Origin: Octopus vulgaris
Lineage: Eukaryota
Direction of reading: 5' to 3'
Length of the DNA: 64,000 bases
Assembly: GCA_951406725.2 (NCBI GenBank)
Contig: OX597814.1
Location: forward strand, 58,776,001 to 58,840,000
The notes below the pieces were generated by a model. The model was not told the origin of the DNA and did no database searches. It saw nothing but the letters and a program-made list of their open reading frames with translations. This document shows positions 57,270-64,000 of this stretch, piece after piece. A program made the translations under genes and the position numbers. The stretch's first letter is position 1; each line of letters starts with the position of its first letter.

Positions 57270-58774
57270 AAGAGATAGTGATACCCCAATACCCAAAATA
57301 TATACATATGCATTTGCTAGTAGGATGTTACGTAAGCAAATATATATGTGTGTGTGTGTATGTATCGGTAGGTAGGTAGGTAAATTGATATGTATGTAAT
57401 CAGAGAGATACACAGGTAAGTAGATAATTCATAGGTACATAGTTAATACACGCACACACACACACACACACAAAAGGTGATGGAAAGACACGACCATATA
57501 TACAGAAACTCATACACTCCACAAACATGCATGTACAGACAGACACATATGGAGATATGGTGACAGATATCCATACATAACGGACAGTCACACAATCTAT
57601 ACTTATAGAAACACTCAAACACGCACACATAACGAGACAGAGATACACCCACAAATACATGCACACATACATCCAAAGACACGAAAACACACACACACAC
57701 AAACACATGTATTAGCTGAATATACATACATACATGTATACATAAATTCATGCATACACACATACACACATACATACAGACAGACATACATGCATACATA
57801 CATACATATGTTCATACGCAAGCACATATGCACACTGACGCAAACGCATGCGCACAAACAGGATAGTGAATTTATGAGCGTACTATATTAGTATTGAGGA
57901 GTACTGCGTGTCTGTATTTTGACACATATGCAAGAATCAACGATTTTTATGTATTCCTGTTCAAATATAAGATACTGTTAGCACAGGAGACATGTAGTTG
58001 TTCAGATTTTGAGAGATACATATGCGCATTTATGTGTATTTCAATATGTGGTTGTACGCGTGTTTGGTTCAAGTATTTGTCGCCGCTCATAAAAATATGT
58101 TAGGTAGAGAAAATGTTACGATATTTACTTTAAAGGGAAATAGAACGTTCTCAGAGAGAAAATGTATCGCAACTTCTTTACATTTCGGTCTATGTCATAT
58201 ATTTATGTTTACAATATTTCATGTTTTAAGTAGATGAATGTCTGGAAATGCCATATACATCAAAGAAAATCTATCCTTATTTATTTCATATTTTTCTGTT
58301 ACGTCCTACCATATTTGTGTAAAAAGCTTAAAATGCAACCCCAGAGTTCTAATCTTGGCTTTCCATTAATAATGACAAATGAAATATTGTTCTTTTTAAG
58401 TTATTTGTTACACTCTCCTCTATGTTAAATTCAGTTGTTGTTTTACGCTATGATATTTTCTATCGCATACATTTCCATATACATTAACAACTGTATATGC
58501 AGGTGCATTTGTGTAGGAAAATTGCGAGAATTTGGACAAAAAGAAAACGAAAGTAGGTGTCTCTACATATATATTAATGAATCTATAGGTATGCATGTTC
58601 ATAGTTGTGAATACGTGAAAATGAGTGTATGTACATACCCAGGCATATTACCCATATTTTTAGGATGGGATAGCCACAACACGACATACATCAGGCATTC
58701 CATTCATTTCCCAGCTCAAAGACAGGAGCTCTGTTCTATGCTTGGGTCAAGGCATAGAACTCAACCCCCAATAT

Positions 58775-58990
58775 AAGGTTGAATATAATTATACCGATGT
58801 TGATTGACTTTATTGATGTTACTCTGGATGTAAGTACTAAACTATGCCAACCATATCATAAACTAAGGTATGTGAACAAAAATTCGAATCATCTAAGAAG
58901 CATCACAAATTCTATTATTAAAAATATGTTCACACATATTTCGAGGGTTTCAGTGAACGATGATGTATGTAAACAAAAAAAAATTGGTAA
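58775..58990 (+). mobile_element. Second, different PLE RT fragment
   Basis: IDFIDVTLDVSTKLCQPYHK-LRYVNKNSNH matches the PLE pattern FLDVTL...PYxKP...YxxxxSNHP. Confidence 0.7.
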
Positions 58991-59288
58991 AAGCACGCAT
59001 TATTTGAAACTTAATATAAAGACAAAGTTTACTTTATCCAAAATCAAAGTAATAATAAAATTCCCGGAAATGATAGAATATTAGTTCAGATGGAATTTAA
59101 TAATGAGTGTATTAAAAATAAATATAACAGTAGAAACAAATGCATCAACAAATCTTCTTTAGCTAATCTAAATAAAAGAAAGAAAATAGTGATACAAATG
59201 TGATTAGTTAAAAACTAAGTATTGAAGATGAATTTATCAAAAAACTGTGGATTTCATTGATACTAAATATATGGTTGATATAAATATT

Positions 59289-59291
59289 AAC

Positions 59292-59362
<71 letters not shown>
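59289..59362. repeat. (AAT)n microsatellite, Dong target tract
   Basis: Direct reading. Confidence 0.95.
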
Positions 59363-59702
59363 GTAGATGTGTCTCTAAAAGAAATGGAGAAACTCTCAAA
59401 ATACAAAGACCTGGAAATAGAGGTAACTAGAATGTGGAATCTGAAAACAGAAACAATTCCTATCATAGTAGGTGCATTAGGCATGATAAAAAAATAGTCA
59501 GACAAATACATAACAAAAACACCAGGACTTACAAACACATATAACATACAGAAAATTGCACTACTAGGCACTGCACACATCCTACGCAGAACACTTTCCA
59601 TACAATAACCATCAGAGCATCACAACAAATCACAGCACATACCCAAGGCACACAGAGCTGCGCTCGGTAGTGAAGTGAAAGCACGTTATAAAAATAAAAC
59701 TA

Positions 59703-59705
<3 letters not shown>
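59363..59705 (+). mobile_element. Young Dong/R4-clade LINE, heavily 5'-truncated (about 340 bp)
   Basis: VSLKEMEKLSKYKDLEIEVTRMWNLKTETIPIIVGALG...TAHILRRTLSIQ* plus 3' UTR; (AAT)n on both sides. Confidence 0.92.
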
Positions 59706-59787
<82 letters not shown>

Positions 59788-59791
<4 letters not shown>

Positions 59792-60704
59792 AATCCAAAC
59801 TAAAAATAGAACAGCAGCGAACCATGATAAAAACATGGCAAGAAAAGCCCCTTCATGGCAAATACTGGACTAAACTAAATGCAAAAGAAATAGTCAAAGA
59901 AAAATCCCAGCAATCGTTGAGAAGCTCAGGACTCAAAGCAGAGACAGAGGGATTTTTAATTGCATCACAAGTCCAAAGCCTCCCCACAAGAAATTACCAA
60001 AAACATGTAATGAAAAGAAATATAACAAGTAACTGCAGAATATGTGGAGATGGACAAGAAACAATAAATCATATTATCTCTAGCTGCCCAGTCCTGGCTA
60101 AGAAGGAATATATTCACAGACATGACAGAGTTGGAACCTACATACATTGGAAGCTATGTCAACATAGCTATGGAATAACAACAGAAAAAATATGGTATAG
60201 GCACACTCCAGAAAAGGTCACAGAAAACGAGAAAGCAACCATACTCTGGGATATGCCGATATACACAGATAGAGAAATTAAGGCCAACAGACCAGATATA
60301 GTTGTCAGAGATCATGAAGAAAAAACAATGCTTTCTAATTGATGTACCAATACCGGCAGATGACAACGTGTCTCTAAAAGAAATGGAGAAACTCTCAAAA
60401 TACAAAGACCTTGAAATAGAGGTAACCAGAATGTTGAATCTAAAAACAGAAACAATTTCTATCATAGTAGGTGCATTAGGCATGATAAAAAATTATTCAG
60501 ACAAATACATAACAAAAACACCAGGACTTACAAACACATATAACATACAGAAAATTGCACCACTAGGCACTGCACACATCCTACGCAGAACACTTTCCAT
60601 ACAATAACCATCAGAGCATCACAACAAATCACAGCACATACCTAAGGCACACACAGCTGCGCTCGGTAGTGAAGTGAAAGCATGCTATAAAAATAAAACT
60701 ACTG
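59788..60704 (+). mobile_element. Young Dong/R4-clade LINE, 5'-truncated (zinc knuckle + REL endonuclease + 3' UTR)
   Basis: ORFs 59788-60342 and 60302-60607 are joined by one frameshift: WQEKPLHG, GLKAETEG, CRICGDGQETINHIISSC, RHD, NRPDIVV...LIDV...EKLSKY; (AAT)n flanks. Confidence 0.95.
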
Positions 60705-60734
60705 AATAATAATATTAATAATAATACTAGATTC

Positions 60735-61100
60735 CTTAAGTGATGCACAGATACCAGATATTGTTGTAGTAGATGAAGGAAAAGAAGTAAACCAAGATTA
60801 TAGGTATTTCAATACCAGGGCATGCACGCATAAATGAGAAAAACATTGAAAATTTTGAAAAGTACAGACTACTAAAACAAGAAATTGAAGGATATGCACT
60901 ATGAAGAGAGTGTCTGCCATTCAAGTTGTTGTAGGGACACTCGGAGCACTGACAACCAAGTTCGAGAAATATGTCAAAGAAATTGGAAGTGATAGAGCAG
61001 AGCAAACCCCTAAAACTGCTCTCTTTGCGATAGCTAGGTTTTGACATTGCTACTTGGACCTTGAATGTATCCCACTATAATTAACGACAAAGTATCAACA
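60735..61100 (+). mobile_element. Older, different Dong/R4-family 3' fragment
   Basis: IPDIVVVD...ISIPG...EKYRLLKQEI...VVVGTLG...KTAL in broken frames; lies between (AAT)n tracts. Confidence 0.75.
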
Positions 61101-61192
61101 TATTATAATGTGCGGAAATAGATCTACTGTCCTCTCTCACTCATTCTATCGGAGTAAATAAGAATGAGCGCTCTCAAAAGTAAAACTGTAAA

Positions 61193-61284
<92 letters not shown>

Positions 61285-62248
61285 AAGAATTATTATAATA
61301 ATAATAATAATGGACCTGTTAGCAGTTGAAGACACAGAAATACTAATAAAACCCAGCAGGACAACTGAAAAAATAATTCTAAAAGACTGGAATATCTACA
61401 GTGTTCTGTGAGTATTTTGAATTTCCCTCAAAATAAGTTAAGGAACTTACATATCTACAGCTTTGGACTTACAAACGAACACCTCATAAAATTGTGTAAG
61501 TTTAATATAACCAATTTTGTGTGAACATTTTGTCTTCCCATCTTCCCTGACTAATCGAATATGTAAACACATTTTAAAAGCACGATAAAAAAATTAAGGA
61601 AATAAGCACCTGCCAATATATACATACTGCACAACTACAAAAACCGTAAACCACGGCAAAACTTTTAAAAAGAAAAGAAAAATTCCAAAAGAAGAAGAAA
61701 AACAAATTCAGAAATTCAAAAATCCAACAAGGTGAACATCTCGTCAACATACTATTCCCAGAGACTGGAAAATCTAGAATTTCCTGTGAATATTTAAAAT
61801 CTCCCTCAAAATAAAATAAGTTAGGAAACTTACATATCTACAGATTTCGAACACACAAACGGTCAGTTGAAAAAAAAAAAAACCTTTATTATCTACAACT
61901 ACTGTGTGACTACTTATCATTTCCTCTCTCCCTGAGCATTCGAAAAAGTAAACATCATCTTCATTTTCATTTTAAGAACACTACTACTTCTCTCTGCGGT
62001 CATATAAAACACCATATTTAGTAAATCTTAAAACTTTACTATCTACAACTTGTTTTCTATTCTTTTTGACTCTCCCTGATAATTCAAAAATGTAGACATC
62101 CTTTTCATTGCAAAAGCCCTACTGTACTCTCCAACTGGATAGGCAAACGAACACCTCAAGAAAACTTTAAAACTTGAATATATTACCCAAATACCTAAAC
62201 ACAACCTTCATTGCAACAACAGAATTGAATTTCGAAAATTCAACTACC

Positions 62249-62420
<172 letters not shown>

Positions 62421-62949
62421 TGTCTGTGCGTGTGTGAATGTGTGAATATATATGTATATATTTTTTTCTACCAGTAATTAAAAATAGAACAGGTTGAATA
62501 GCTTCTCTTCAAGGCAGCGCTCTCAGTGGCCACTGGTAGTAGTAAACACATTTGACCTGTGCTAACTCAAAGGGTGCGAAGATTCCTTTGTCTCTATGGC
62601 TGACCTGCCCAACAAATGCCGAGTCTATTTATAGACCTGTAGTTTTTGGTCTATTCACCAAACTGCTACCCAACTATTTCCTCAAACAATGGTATTGGTG
62701 GTGACGGTGATAATGATAAAAATAAAAATAAAAATAATATGCTGCAACTGCTAATAGTAAATGTTACTAACACGACAATAATACAACAACTACTACCATT
62801 ATGAAAGCACAGACAACTAAGGCCCAACTACCATTTTTACCAATACCCAACCCCTGCTACTGTTGCTGTTGCGACAATCACTATTGCTACTACACATAAA
62901 AACAATAATATCAGTGATATCAGTCATGATAATGATGATAATAATGAAA

Positions 62950-64000
62950 GAAAACGGATGGAGCCTCCTCCCCATGTCCTGATTAATGATACATCTAGTG
63001 ATGGTGTCACAATAAAAGCACTGGTAATTGCGCAACCTGATAATTGAGTGTCAATATGAGTGTCAATAAAAAAAAAATAACGAAACTGAAGCCAATGACG
63101 GTGACAGTGTTACACCCGGTGGCTCAGAGATACTGGTCAGACTCCAGCCTGTTGATATCCAATGAGGGATCACCACACACGGCGTAGATGGAGTAAGCAA
63201 ATTCATGCTGTGGTCGTGGAGTGTTACTACCTGAGAAGCCCGGTAGATGAAAACGGTTGCCAAATTAGGGGTTACCTACGACGTATGTTTGATCATTGGA
63301 GCGAAAAGGGATTGTTTCAACTCACGGAACAGAGGCAATGTGATCACAATAGAGCAATATGGAAAAATTATTAGTTCACAGAAGTAGAGCTCGAAGCTAT
63401 CAAAAGACGGGTCATGGAAAATAGCATCAGAGAGGACAATGAAAATACAGTTCTTAATAATTAGAGTAACCTCATAGCACAGGAAAGGAGCAGTGGTAGT
63501 GTACTTGATGCGAGACATATAGATGACAAAAGAATATAATAAAACTAATAGCTACATGTCAGATGAACAAAAGGCAATCTGTGACAGATTAAAGGTAAGA
63601 CTACAAGAGAACGATAGCGACATTATTTGCAACCTTAAAATGGTTGCTCGGAGGAAATTGAACCTACAAACGAAAAATGTCATTGAACTTCTGGAATACA
63701 TCAGAATAAACAATGTCACAGTAACAAATAATTTGAACAAGATAGCAAGTATTTTTGCAGCAGACAATGTGGGTGTTGACGTCAAGTAAAAGAAATATAA
63801 TGAGAGTGACAATAGAAAAGATCCATGGTGGAAAAGAAAATCCAGGCAGGGTTAGACATGCTCTCGAAGGAAATCGCTGTGTTAGACCGAAAAGAGAAAA
63901 GGGGAGTTTAAAAGCGAACAAAAATACATGGCGCTGAAAAGGAAGTATAATATTGAAAGAAAGGGCTTGAAAGTGGTAGTGGAGGAACTGAAACAGCGCC
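62950..64000 (+). mobile_element. 5' region/N-terminal domain of a decayed Dong/R4-clade LINE, running off the window
   Basis: RRRWSKQIHAVVVECYYLRSPVDENG...GY.RRM...W...LTEQR.CD..RAI...FTEVELEAIK matches the Dong/R4 N-terminal motif as I recall it; preceded by degenerate (AAT)n. Confidence 0.8.

Noticed and set aside
62950-63060. HDV-like ribozyme at the Dong 5' end
   Set aside because: Expected for some site-specific LINEs, but the P1/P2/P3 pairings could not be satisfied.

Overview
AT-rich eukaryotic non-coding DNA, intergenic or deep intronic. The SINE families and microsatellite load point to an octopus/cephalopod genome (inference). No host protein-coding exon, rRNA, tRNA gene or CRISPR array can be supported; most listed ORFs are microsatellite read-throughs. 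The window is a transposon graveyard. It holds a full-length decayed mariner, a hATm-like fragment, a non-autonomous Helitron, several tRNA-derived SINE families (some stacked at one target site), at least seven Dong/R4-clade LINE pieces sitting in (TAA)n/(AAG)n tracts, and Penelope-like (PLE) RT/GIY-YIG remnants. The most interesting signal is a set of short non-coding elements in (TA)n tracts that carry type I hammerhead ribozyme motifs with palindromic stem III. One has a fully intact core (9806-9898), one is a U3-A8 covariant (23688-23723) and one family has a CCGAUGA core (10185-10236, 48503-48558). Two of these elements are fold-back (inverted pseudo-LTR) structures. Everything was read by eye; no alignment, folding or database search was run.
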